From Synechococcus sp. (lineage in GTDB: Bacteria; Cyanobacteriota; Cyanobacteriia; PCC-6307; Cyanobiaceae), in contig JBJBCN010000002.1 of assembly GCA_047285805.1 (NCBI GenBank), positions 1,088,001 through 1,152,000 on the forward strand: a DNA stretch of 64,000 nt, written 5' to 3'. The translations under genes were made by a program, and so were the position numbers. The notes beneath the pieces were generated by a model. The model ran no database searches and had not been told where the DNA came from. It worked only from the letters and a program-made list of their open reading frames with translations. Below, in pieces: positions 34,958-44,183 of this stretch; position 1 is the first letter of the stretch; the number at the start of each line of letters is the position of its first letter.

Positions 34958-36576
34958 AGACTTGGGGCTTGAATGGGGCGGCTGAAGCTAAGCGCCCCAT
35001 CACTCGCCTCCCCGCTGCTGCCGGCCTTTTGGCCCTGTTGCCGGCTCTGCAGCTGTTGATGGGCTGCCAGCCACCCCATCCCGCCGGTCAGCTGGTGGTG
35101 GCCAACAAGAGCAGCCTGGATTCTGTCGATCCGGTCGATGTCTATCTTCTGGCCGGAACGCAACTGCTCAGCGCCGTTGGTGACCCCCTGTACGCCGCCG
35201 ATCGGCAAGGTCAACTCCAACCACGCCTGGCGACGGCACTGCCGCAATTCAGCGCCGACGGCCTCAGCGCTCGAATCCCCCTGCGCCAAGGCGTGCGCTT
35301 CCACGACGGAACCCGCTTCGATGCCGAGGCGATGGTGTTCAACCTCAATCGCTTCCGCCGCCTCGGAAAACTGAGCTACCTGCTGGACGACCGCATCGCA
35401 TCGGTGCGCAGCGTCGGGCCTTACACAATTGAAGTCCGCCTGACGCGGCCCTACCGCGCCCTCGCGGCGCTTCTGAGTTCGATCACCTTCACTCCGGTTT
35501 CACCCACCGCCTACCGGGACTACAGCGAGCGCTCCCTGACGGGGCGGTTTGTAGGGACCGGTCCCTACCGCTTGGCCAGCTACAGCCCGCGCAAACAGCA
35601 GCTGCTGCCATTTGAGGACTACTGGGGGACGCCCGCCAAAAACGCCGGGATCCACCTGATCACCCTGAGCAACTCCACCGCTTTATTTGGCTCCCTGGTC
35701 AGCGGCGAGGTGGACGTCTTGATCTCGAGTGGGCTCGAGAGCGACCAACAGGAGGCCCTTGATGCCCGCGTTTCCCGCGGGGAACTCGTCAGCGGAGCCG
35801 GTCCGGCCATCGAGATCGCTTTGATGGCCCTCAACAGCCAACGCAGCCCGTTTAACCGCAGTGACCTGCGGCAGGCGGTGGCCCTGAGCCTGGATCGCCA
35901 GCTGATTAGCCAACGGGTGAGCTTTGGCCTGAGTGAACCCCTGCGCTCCCTTGTGCCGCCACCTCTGGCAGGCTCCACCCCCCCGAGCTGGCCGGCATAT
36001 TCCCCCAAGGCCGCTCGGGCGCTCTACAAGCAGGCCGGCTTCTGCAACGGGAACCGGCTGACACTTCCGCTGACCTTCCGGTCGAACCACGCCTCCGATC
36101 GCCTCTTTGCCCTCACCTGGCAGGCGCAATTGCGCCGCGACCTGGGGGACTGTGTGCGGCTGGAGATCACCGGGATGGAATCCACCAGCGCCTACCGGCA
36201 GCTGGCCCAGGGGGTCTTCCCGATGATCATTTACGACTGGATTGGGGATTACCCCGACCCGGACACCTACCTGGCCCCGCTGCTGGGCTGCCGCAGGAGA
36301 ACGGGCGACCATTGCCTCGCAGGCAGCAGCGTGGACTCGGGCAGCTTCTGGACAGCGCCCGGCCTGCAAGTGCAGCTTCAGGCCAGTGAGAGCCGCACGG
36401 GAGCGGCCCGCCAGAGCAGCCTGCTCACGGTCCAGCGGATGGCTGCCAAGGGCGCCTCGTTTGTTCCCCTGTGGCAGGTCAATGCCCGCGCCTGGGGACA
36501 ACGGAACCTGAGCGCACCTCAATTTGATGGGTCCGGCCGGGTGATCCTGCAGACGCTAGAGATGGTGAAGCAGTGA
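34954..36576 (+). CDS. Peptide ABC transporter substrate-binding lipoprotein (family 5)
   Basis: Lipobox LMGC, LRQGVRFHDG and GTGPY; start may be further downstream. Confidence 0.9.
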   Translation: MKTWGLNGAAEAKRPITRLPAAAGLLALLPALQLLMGCQPPHPAGQLVVANKSSLDSVDPVDVYLLAGTQLLSAVGDPLYAADRQGQLQPRLATALPQFSADGLSARIPLRQGVRFHDGTRFDAEAMVFNLNRFRRLGKLSYLLDDRIASVRSVGPYTIEVRLTRPYRALAALLSSITFTPVSPTAYRDYSERSLTGRFVGTGPYRLASYSPRKQQLLPFEDYWGTPAKNAGIHLITLSNSTALFGSLVSGEVDVLISSGLESDQQEALDARVSRGELVSGAGPAIEIALMALNSQRSPFNRSDLRQAVALSLDRQLISQRVSFGLSEPLRSLVPPPLAGSTPPSWPAYSPKAARALYKQAGFCNGNRLTLPLTFRSNHASDRLFALTWQAQLRRDLGDCVRLEITGMESTSAYRQLAQGVFPMIIYDWIGDYPDPDTYLAPLLGCRRRTGDHCLAGSSVDSGSFWTAPGLQVQLQASESRTGAARQSSLLTVQRMAAKGASFVPLWQVNARAWGQRNLSAPQFDGSGRVILQTLEMVKQ

Positions 36577-37592
36577 ACCGCCGCCATCACCTCTGGGGCT
36601 ACCTGCTGAGCCGCCTGGCCCTCGTGCCCGTGATGCTCTGGCTGATTGCCAGCCTGGTGTTCCTGTTGCTGCGGGTTGCCCCCGGCGATCCGATCGACGC
36701 CCTGCTCGGTCCCCGGGCTCCGCAGGCCGCGCGGGAGGCCCTGCGGCAGCAACTGGGGCTCGACCAGAGCCTGCCTGTGCAATACGGCCAGTACCTCAAC
36801 GACCTTCTGCACGGCCAACTGGGGACGTCCCTGACCAACCAGGAACCCGTGACCACGGTGATCGCGCGCAGCCTTGCCGCCAGCCTGGAACTCGGTCTAA
36901 CAGCGCTGCTGATCGCGGCGGTTGTCGGACTTGCCGTGGGGTTCAGCGGCATTGCCAGACCGGAGGGCAAGCTCGACCTCTCCGCCCGGCTCTATGGCAT
37001 CGGCACCTACGCAATGCCCCCGTTTTGGGCCGCGATGTTGGTGCAGCTGGTCTTCGCGGTCTGGCTGGGTTGGCTCCCTGTAGGCGGGCGCTTTCCCGCC
37101 ACCTTGATCCCGCCGGAGGGCAGTGGCTTTTATCTGCTCGACAGCCTGCTGCAGTGCAACGGCCAACAGTTTTGGGGCGCGATCCGGCATCTCGTTCTGC
37201 CGGCCAGCACCCTGGGGATCCTGCTCAGCGGCATCTTCGCCAACGCCCTACGCCTCAATCTGCGGCGGGCCTTGGATTCCGACTACGTAGAGGCGGCCCG
37301 CAGCAGGGGACTCAGCGAAACCCGCGTGGTCCTTCGCCATGCCCTGCCAAATGCCATTCTGCCGGTGCTTACGATTGCAGGTATCACCGTGGCGTCTCTG
37401 ATCGGTGGAGCCCTACTGATCGAGGTGACCTACTCCTGGCCAGGGGTGGCCTACCGGCTTCAAGAAGCCATCAGCCAACGAAACTACCCGGTCGTCCAGG
37501 GAATAGTCGTGGTGGTGGCCAGCCTCGTCGTGGCAGTCAGCGTGCTGGTGGATCTGCTGGTGGCTCTGCTGGATCCACGCGTGAAGTTCTGA
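36573..37592 (+). CDS. Peptide ABC transporter permease (DppB-like)
   Basis: APGDP, YVEAARSRGL and RHALPNA. Confidence 0.92.
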   Translation: MNRRHHLWGYLLSRLALVPVMLWLIASLVFLLLRVAPGDPIDALLGPRAPQAAREALRQQLGLDQSLPVQYGQYLNDLLHGQLGTSLTNQEPVTTVIARSLAASLELGLTALLIAAVVGLAVGFSGIARPEGKLDLSARLYGIGTYAMPPFWAAMLVQLVFAVWLGWLPVGGRFPATLIPPEGSGFYLLDSLLQCNGQQFWGAIRHLVLPASTLGILLSGIFANALRLNLRRALDSDYVEAARSRGLSETRVVLRHALPNAILPVLTIAGITVASLIGGALLIEVTYSWPGVAYRLQEAISQRNYPVVQGIVVVVASLVVAVSVLVDLLVALLDPRVKF

Positions 37593-39198
37593 CCTCGATC
37601 CGGTTCTCCCAGAGCTGGGCCAGCTCATGATCGAGCACATAGGCGCTCACCCCACCCAGGTCCCGGCGCTGGGGCGCGAGTTCCCGTTTCACCCCGCCTG
37701 GATCCAAGCCCCACAAGAACTCACTGCTCAAGCTCAAGATCAAGTTCTGAACCCGCGTGGGATCAACGCCAACCCACTCCTCGCCAAACTTGAACAAGGG
37801 CGCCTCGCTGCTCGGCTGCATGCGCACGGGGGAGAAGTGGCTGGCTCCCTCGAGCAGCACCAAACGGCTACGGGGATTGGGATCGGGCAGGAACAAGCGC
37901 AGCTGCTCGCTTAGGGGGGGCGTTATCAGATCCAGACTCCCGCCCAGCATCAACACAGGAGCCTCCAGCCCCCGCAAACCGCGATGGGGCCAGAGCAAGC
38001 TGCCAAATCCGTTGAGGGTGACGACGCCCGCGATCGGCTGGGCCAGCGGTTGCACTGCCGGTAGGGGCACCTCGGGAAGTTGGCACTGCAGCAGGCGCGA
38101 AAGGTTGATCAGCGGCAAGCCCGCCAGCGATCTCTTGCAACGGCGCTGCAGACCGGGCTCAGGACGCAGACCAGCCGCCAAGAGGCTCGTCAGCCCGGCC
38201 AGGGAATGGCCCAGCAGAACCACCCGCTGCCCCAACCCAGGCAATCCACCCGAGTGAGCCGCAGCCACAACGGCCTGCAGGTCCCGGACGCGCCCAGGAA
38301 GGGTCTCGGCACCGGGGGGCAAGCGGCGGCCCTGGACGAGCTCACGCACCGCCAGCTCATTACTGCCGGGGTGATCCAGCAACACCACGGGCCACTTCCG
38401 CTCATGCAGGGCCTCAGCAAACCAGCGCAGCTGATCTGTGCTGCCCCCCAAGCCGGGCATCAAGAGCACCCAGGTGGTCGCCCCATGGACAGGCCAGAGC
38501 TCCAGCGTCAGGACCTCCTGGCGATGCGAGACCGGCAGACGCCAGCGCTGCGACGCCCGATTAGCTGCCGAGCCCTGCTGCTCCAGGAAGACCCCGTCGG
38601 AGAGAGGCAACAGCGGCGTGCCGTGGGGTAGCGGCAGGGTTTGCAGCGCCTGAAGGGCCACCTTCTGCTCGAACAACTGCCGCTGCCAGCCTTCGGCCAA
38701 CTGCTGAAGACCGTCCAGGTTGATCGTGAGCTGTCGAACCGGAAGCGCCCGCATTAACTCGAGCACGGTCACCTGCTGCTGCTCTTTGAGCAGGGCGTTC
38801 AAGGTACTGAGCACCAGGGGGCCTGCATTGCCGTTCTCCGTGCTGAGCAGGACGCCCAACTCTTCGGAAACGCGCTGGCCGGCCCAGCTGCGCATCATCT
38901 GCTGGGTAAAGCTGCGCTGCTGCACCAAAGAGGTGTTCAGCAGCTGATGCAACTGCGCTTGGCTTTGGGGATCCAACAAGTTGAGCCAGACCCGGAGCTC
39001 ACCAGAGCGGGTCTCCGGATCACGGCTCCAGCGTTCGAGCTCGGCGAGGTTCAGGGGGAGATCCAGTCCATCGAGGCGGATGTCGAGTTCTTCGGCGGCC
39101 TGGAACGGCGGAGCCACCAGCGCTCCGAAGGAGAGAACACCAGCTAGCAGACTGCTGCACAGTGCACGGCGGCGACGCAAGCGGGTTGGCTCAACCAC
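37537..39198 (-). CDS. DUF1400-like alpha/beta hydrolase
   Basis: DHPGS, GHSLAG nucleophile and ASHFS; start uncertain. Confidence 0.82.
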   Translation of the reverse strand: MVEPTRLRRRRALCSSLLAGVLSFGALVAPPFQAAEELDIRLDGLDLPLNLAELERWSRDPETRSGELRVWLNLLDPQSQAQLHQLLNTSLVQQRSFTQQMMRSWAGQRVSEELGVLLSTENGNAGPLVLSTLNALLKEQQQVTVLELMRALPVRQLTINLDGLQQLAEGWQRQLFEQKVALQALQTLPLPHGTPLLPLSDGVFLEQQGSAANRASQRWRLPVSHRQEVLTLELWPVHGATTWVLLMPGLGGSTDQLRWFAEALHERKWPVVLLDHPGSNELAVRELVQGRRLPPGAETLPGRVRDLQAVVAAAHSGGLPGLGQRVVLLGHSLAGLTSLLAAGLRPEPGLQRRCKRSLAGLPLINLSRLLQCQLPEVPLPAVQPLAQPIAGVVTLNGFGSLLWPHRGLRGLEAPVLMLGGSLDLITPPLSEQLRLFLPDPNPRSRLVLLEGASHFSPVRMQPSSEAPLFKFGEEWVGVDPTRVQNLILSLSSEFLWGLDPGGVKRELAPQRRDLGGVSAYVLDHELAQLWENRIEVRTSRVDPAEPPADPPAR

Positions 39199-39200
39199 GG

Positions 39201-40418
39201 ATGCAGGCAACAGGCTGGAGCTGGTGGCACCAGTTTCCCCCGGCATTGAGGGAACTGGCCACTGTTCGTCTGGTTGCCAGTTTTGGCGCCGGGGGGATTT
39301 TGTATCTCACTCCGATGGTGTTTCACCAACAGGAGTTCAGCGCCGCCTCAATTGGACTGGGCTTAGCCCTTGCCGCCCTGGCTGGAACGATCGGGCGCTT
39401 CATCAGTGGGGCCCTGCTCGACAAAGGCCGCAGCTGCGGAACGCCCGTACTGCTCGCCGCGGCCTGCGGGTTTGCCGGAGATAGCTTCCTACTGCAAGCC
39501 AGCACCATGAAGGGCTACGTCGCCGGCCAGCTATGCATCGGCATGGCCGGCGGTCTGTACTGGCCAGCAGTGGAACTCGCCGTACCGCAATGCGCCCAGC
39601 CCCTGCCCTCCGCCAAGGGCTATGCCCTCGTGCGCAGCACCGATGCCCTTGGCGTTGCCACCGGGACGCTTTCAGGGTCGCTGTTTGCGGCCGCGGGGCT
39701 GTTGCGAGGCGTCTACGGGATTGATATCGCGGCGGTGATCGCCCTGGCGGTTCTGCTGCTACTCAAACCACTTCCTCGGGCAGCGAAATCCAGCGACAGC
39801 GGAGAGGGAAAACTTCCCCTGCGCCAATGGCTTCCAGCCCTAGTGCCCATGTTGGCCATTTCGGTTGTAGCCACGTCGATGCCAGCCTTGATGCAGAGCG
39901 CCCTACCGTTGGACTTGGTGCGCGGCGGACTGAACCGAGCCGGGCAACCTGAAAGTTTGAGCGCCCTGCTCATCGGCCTGCAATTGGGCCTGTTGGTCTT
40001 GATTCAATGGCCCGTGGGTCGGGCCCTGGCCCTGCGCCCAGTGGGGGTGGGCCTGGGACTGAGCTTGGTCTGCTTCATCGGCGGGACCCTGCTGTTGGCG
40101 GCCTCAGCCTTCAGCAGTCAGGGCATTGCGCTTGTGGTGGTCGCCCTGGCAGTGGTCGCCCTCGGGCAGGCCGCGTTTTTGCCGACAGCGACGGAGGCGG
40201 TCATCGAGCTCAGTCCAAAGGGGCATGGCGGCTTGGCGATGGCCCTCTTTTCCCAATGCTTTGCTATCAGCGCCTTTGCCGCACCGCTGCTGGCGGGGGT
40301 TCTGTTAGATCGCCATGGCCATGGCGTCCGCCTTTGGCTGACCACGGCCATCACGTGCGGCCTCAGTCTGCTCTTAGTCGGACCAGTTCAGCGCCGCTCG
40401 AAAAGGCGACCTACTTAG
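39201..40418 (+). CDS. MFS transporter
   Basis: About 12 hydrophobic helices. Confidence 0.85.
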   Translation: MQATGWSWWHQFPPALRELATVRLVASFGAGGILYLTPMVFHQQEFSAASIGLGLALAALAGTIGRFISGALLDKGRSCGTPVLLAAACGFAGDSFLLQASTMKGYVAGQLCIGMAGGLYWPAVELAVPQCAQPLPSAKGYALVRSTDALGVATGTLSGSLFAAAGLLRGVYGIDIAAVIALAVLLLLKPLPRAAKSSDSGEGKLPLRQWLPALVPMLAISVVATSMPALMQSALPLDLVRGGLNRAGQPESLSALLIGLQLGLLVLIQWPVGRALALRPVGVGLGLSLVCFIGGTLLLAASAFSSQGIALVVVALAVVALGQAAFLPTATEAVIELSPKGHGGLAMALFSQCFAISAFAAPLLAGVLLDRHGHGVRLWLTTAITCGLSLLLVGPVQRRSKRRPT

Positions 40419-40585
40419 GCCTTGTTCTTGGCGACCCAGGCTTCGTGCGGAAGGGGCTCGGTGCCGTACTCCCAGTCGTCGTAGTCGGGATCGTTGCGGA
40501 TCTGCTGGTGCAGCTCCTTCTGACTGTCGAAATCGTGGGATTGACGGTCGTCACCGGTGGTTTCAGGGGTGGGGTGGGCCGTCAT
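40415..40585 (-). CDS. Small acidic hypothetical protein (56 aa)
   Basis: Hand-translated MTAHPTPETT...DPDYDDWEYGTEPLP; below the ORF-track cutoff. Confidence 0.6.
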   Translation of the reverse strand: MTAHPTPETTGDDRQSHDFDSQKELHQQIRNDPDYDDWEYGTEPLPHEAWVAKNKA

Positions 40586-40779
40586 GGCAAACCTGGGACT
40601 TGCGTCATTCTGGAACAGCTACTTCGATTTGGAAGGGAGTAGCCGCAACCAAGCCCAGAAGAGAAACGCCACCGGAAGCATCGCGAGCAGCAGCAGGATC
40701 AGCACAAAACGCAGTTCCTCGTCCACCGAATCCGGGCCCTCTCCGCGAGACTGATGCTGACGGATGCCCCAATCCCCTG

Positions 40780-40953
40780 ATGCATCAGCTCTGGCTGCTG
40801 GTTCCCTGGGCCGTCTTCGCCCTGGCCGCAGGGGTGAAGTTTTGGAGGTTGACGCGGCCGTTTCGGCGGCAAGTCGGAGAACCCAGCACCGAGCAGGTTC
40901 GCGCCTCCCTTGAGCGCCGCTGGCAGGCGGACCAGGGGGAACTCAGTGAATAG
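40780..40953 (+). CDS. Small membrane protein
   Basis: MHQLWLLVPWAVFALAAGVKFW. Confidence 0.6.
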   Translation: MHQLWLLVPWAVFALAAGVKFWRLTRPFRRQVGEPSTEQVRASLERRWQADQGELSE

Positions 40954-41416
40954 TGGCCGAGGGACGCTGCCCCGCGCAGGCCAGGCAGCCGCCGTTAATG
41001 CGATACGGCGCCAGGTGATCCCTTAGGCAACGGGTGCCTCGAAAAAACAACACCTGTCCCATTTCGCGGGCATGGGCATCGGTGAGAGGCAAGGCCAACC
41101 AGCTTTCGGGAAACTGCCCCTTGAGGGACTCCCGATTCGCCAGAGCTTCACGCCGGCGCTGCCGCTCTTCCCGATCGTTTTTCGCGCAAACCGCCTCCAC
41201 CTGGAGCTCACGGGAACAGTCCACACAAGCCTGCACCGTGGTTTTTTTTCGCTCCAGGTTGTGGGAGAGCTTGTCACTGGGGACCTCCCGCTCTTTGCCG
41301 CAGCTACAACGGCACCACCAGTAGGCATTCCCAGCCATGGAACGTTTCTCGGACGCGCGCACGACGGTGAGTTGCCCATACACCTGACCAAGGCGATTGC
41401 GCGGCTTGGAAGGCAT
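40943..41416 (-). CDS. Cys-rich putative zinc-binding protein
   Basis: G.VYGQLTV...WWCRCSCG N-terminus resembling phage/HNH-associated proteins, plus CxxC pairs. Confidence 0.75.
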   Translation of the reverse strand: MPSKPRNRLGQVYGQLTVVRASEKRSMAGNAYWWCRCSCGKEREVPSDKLSHNLERKKTTVQACVDCSRELQVEAVCAKNDREERQRRREALANRESLKGQFPESWLALPLTDAHAREMGQVLFFRGTRCLRDHLAPYRINGGCLACAGQRPSATIH

Positions 41417-41475
41417 TCAATCCAATGAACTCTGCTAAAAATCCTAGGGAGTGGGATTGAGAAAACACAGGAACA

Positions 41476-41712
41476 ATGACGCGACGCAACAGCGGGCTAA
41501 TACGACTGCTTCTCTCCTCGCTCTGGCTTCTGCTCGGGGTGTTTGCGTTCCTCAGCCTCGCCAAAGTATTCCTTTGGGCATTGAGCTGGTATTTCATTCG
41601 CGCAGCTCTTGCCATTGGGTTGGCGTACTTCGTAATCGATCGTGTACGGAGCCTCCGGCAAATCCAGGACCTGCGGGCTTTGAGCTTACGGGCCTGGCTG
41701 GAAGAGGACTGA
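41476..41712 (+). CDS. Small membrane protein
   Basis: Two hydrophobic segments. Confidence 0.55.
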   Translation: MTRRNSGLIRLLLSSLWLLLGVFAFLSLAKVFLWALSWYFIRAALAIGLAYFVIDRVRSLRQIQDLRALSLRAWLEED

Positions 41713-41736
41713 TCGCATCCCTTCATCAAGTTCGCC

Positions 41737-42177
41737 ATGGCGAAAAACATTGACCTCATTGTTCATCCGAGCCTGGTAATTCCAGCGGCGGATTTGCAGT
41801 GGTCATTCAGTCGCAGTGCAGGACCAGGTGGTCAAAACGTGAACAAGCTGGAAACGGCTGTCGAGCTCAGTTTTGACATCGCAGGAAGCACGGTTTTGGG
41901 ACCCTTCCAGAAACAACGGCTGCAATCGCGCCTCACCCAGTTGAGGGGCTCAGGCGTGCTTTGCATCCGTGCATCCGTGCACCGGTCGCAATACAAGAAC
42001 CGTTGCCTGGCGCTTGAGAAGATGGCTGAGGCACTGCGGGACGGTCTCAAACCAGACCCCAAACCACGGCGCGCCACCAAGCCCTCGAAAGCCTCCAACC
42101 GAAAACGCCTGGAGGTGAAGAAACTTCGCGGCCATGTCAAACGTAACCGGCAGCAACGTCCCCGGGTTGACGACTGA
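41737..42177 (+). CDS. arfB: Alternative ribosome rescue factor ArfB (YaeJ)
   Basis: GPGGQNVNK, RSQ and basic tail RRATKPS. Confidence 0.92.
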   Translation: MAKNIDLIVHPSLVIPAADLQWSFSRSAGPGGQNVNKLETAVELSFDIAGSTVLGPFQKQRLQSRLTQLRGSGVLCIRASVHRSQYKNRCLALEKMAEALRDGLKPDPKPRRATKPSKASNRKRLEVKKLRGHVKRNRQQRPRVDD

Positions 42178-42668
42178 ACGCTAGACGTATCGACCGTGAT
42201 GTCACCAGGGTGATGAATCCGGATCACCGTCACACCGGAAGGGGTTTGTCCCGCAAAGCGCAAAATCTCACTTCCGGAGACTGCAAATCAGACTTCCTGG
42301 GCGAAGCGAGACACGTCGTCGGCCGTCATAGCCTCTAGGGCGGCTTGCCGCAGGGAGGGCTCAGCCTGAACCCGCGACAAAAACTGCTACAGCTACTCGA
42401 ACGCCATGGGCGCATGGCTAGGAGCTGTGGCCTTGAGCAAAGCCGACCGTGGTCTGGGGCGCAACAAAGTTCAGCGGTTCCAGGCAGGCTGAAGGGGTCA
42501 GCAGATGGCCTGTCGGCCAAAATGCAACCATCCCCGTGGTCGTCACTCCACACCTCGAGACCCTGTCCTCTCGATCCCTCTGGGCGGAATACACGTAACG
42601 CACCTTGAGAATCCCCCTCGGCCGGCGCTGAACGCCCCAAAATGAGGCAACCGTCCGATCGATCCTCC

Positions 42669-42920
42669 ATGCCAGGCCCTGCCGTTAGCGCACAAGAGAA
42701 AAACGAGTGGGCGAACTTTGTGGTTCAGCAACTGGTGAGTTTCTTGGGTGCGCGCAAAGAGGAGATCTACGCCGATTACGCCGCCCAAAGTGAGGGCAAA
42801 CTCAGCCGGAAAACCATCGAAGAAGCCGGTCTCATGGATTTCGAGATAGCCCTGACGTATCTGAACGAACGCAACTCCGGACTAGGCCGGGGCTTCCTTG
42901 GAATGAACCTGATTCGATAG
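42669..42920 (+). CDS. Conserved hypothetical protein
   Basis: Last core-like ORF before the GC drop. Confidence 0.65.
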   Translation: MPGPAVSAQEKNEWANFVVQQLVSFLGARKEEIYADYAAQSEGKLSRKTIEEAGLMDFEIALTYLNERNSGLGRGFLGMNLIR

Positions 42921-42932
42921 CGACTTGACTAG

Positions 42933-43003
42933 ACGTTGAAGAGGCACTCGATAGGTTCCAGTCATAGCAGTAGATCTCGTCAATAGAAGGCCGGTAGACT
43001 TTT
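42933..43003 (+). repeat. 71-bp island repeat, copy 1
   Basis: ACGTTGAAGAG...AGTCATAGCA...GATCT...GTAGACTTTT; same length at 59593 and 62174. Confidence 0.85.
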
Positions 43004-43118
43004 GTTAGAGTTGTGGAGAAATTGATATAGTGAACGAACTGTCTTGTCTACAATGCAGAAAATATGTCGGTTCGGCCCGCTGAAAGCCCTAGAGAACGTT
43101 TTCTGCAAGCAAGACAGT

Positions 43119-43433
43119 TTGACGCGTCTTTTGCTACCGCTGCTGCTTGGTGCGATTGCCACCCCACTCAGCGCCGCTGCACACCACGGAAGGCTCCTGG
43201 CACACGTAGTAGAGGAAGGCGAGAAGAGCCTTCCAGTAAGTCGTGGAAGAGTTGATGCCGGTTCTAACGAACAGATTTACCTAATGCTTAAGGATGGTGC
43301 TTCATTCACCGTACCTATCCCGATGACAAACCGGTTCACTTGTGAGTTAGAAGGTGAAAAGTGGGTTGAGACCCCCGTCAAGGGCGTAGACGGGCGCTGG
43401 AAGGCGTTCTGGTGTGTCGCTGGGATGAAGTAG
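43119..43433 (+). CDS. Small secreted two-Cys protein, paralog A
   Basis: Signal peptide from TTG 43119; highly similar to 59765-60079. Confidence 0.7.
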   Translation: MTRLLLPLLLGAIATPLSAAAHHGRLLAHVVEEGEKSLPVSRGRVDAGSNEQIYLMLKDGASFTVPIPMTNRFTCELEGEKWVETPVKGVDGRWKAFWCVAGMK

Positions 43434-44183
43434 CCAGAGATGCGAACACAACCACTAAACAGGTCCCACCACAAACCGAGCCAAACAGGTCATCCAGACT
43501 CTAATTACTCCGAATAACGCAAGAGCAAGAAGTCGAGCACTTAAGAGCGATACCAGACAAAACCTCTGATTTTCACTGATAACATTAGCCATTGCCGCGC
43601 GCGATACAAGCAAGTCAATAACTCTATCAGGGATATCTTTAGACGAATGAATGGACGCCCTCAGTTTAAATGATCAAATCAGAAGCGGGCAAGATGTTCA
43701 CTACAAGCAGATCATTGGCAAATTAGAGTTGCATGGAATGCTAAACAAGCTACGCGGCTTAATCAGCTCAACAACGCTAAGAATTCGAAAGGTAGTCGAA
43801 TCGACAACAATCTACTTCCATTTGATATGAGATGAGATATGCCGTGTTTCATCTTCGTGAAAACGAAGGAAGAGACAAAGAAACAACAACTTGTATGATC
43901 AAAAGATTCGCATTGGGAACAGAGCCACTCGGGAACCACCTAGACAGCAGGGGAAGGAAAAGAAGGATGTTTAATACTCAGCAAGGAATCAGACCTAGCC
44001 ACAAGTAATAACAGCGTGACGAATAAATACCTACAACTACATACAGCCAGAGAGAACCGAAGAGTGTCATATCATTACAAACCCGCGATGCGCTGGATGC
44101 GGGAATAGCCGCAATGACTTTTGGCCTGGCGACCAATTGGTAAAATGAAATGCAGTAGTATGTTAGAAAGCCTTAAGAGTCCT

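Noticed and set aside
42180..43000. tRNA gene at the island boundary
   Set aside because: No cloverleaf or T-loop consensus found by eye; tRNAscan-SE would confirm.
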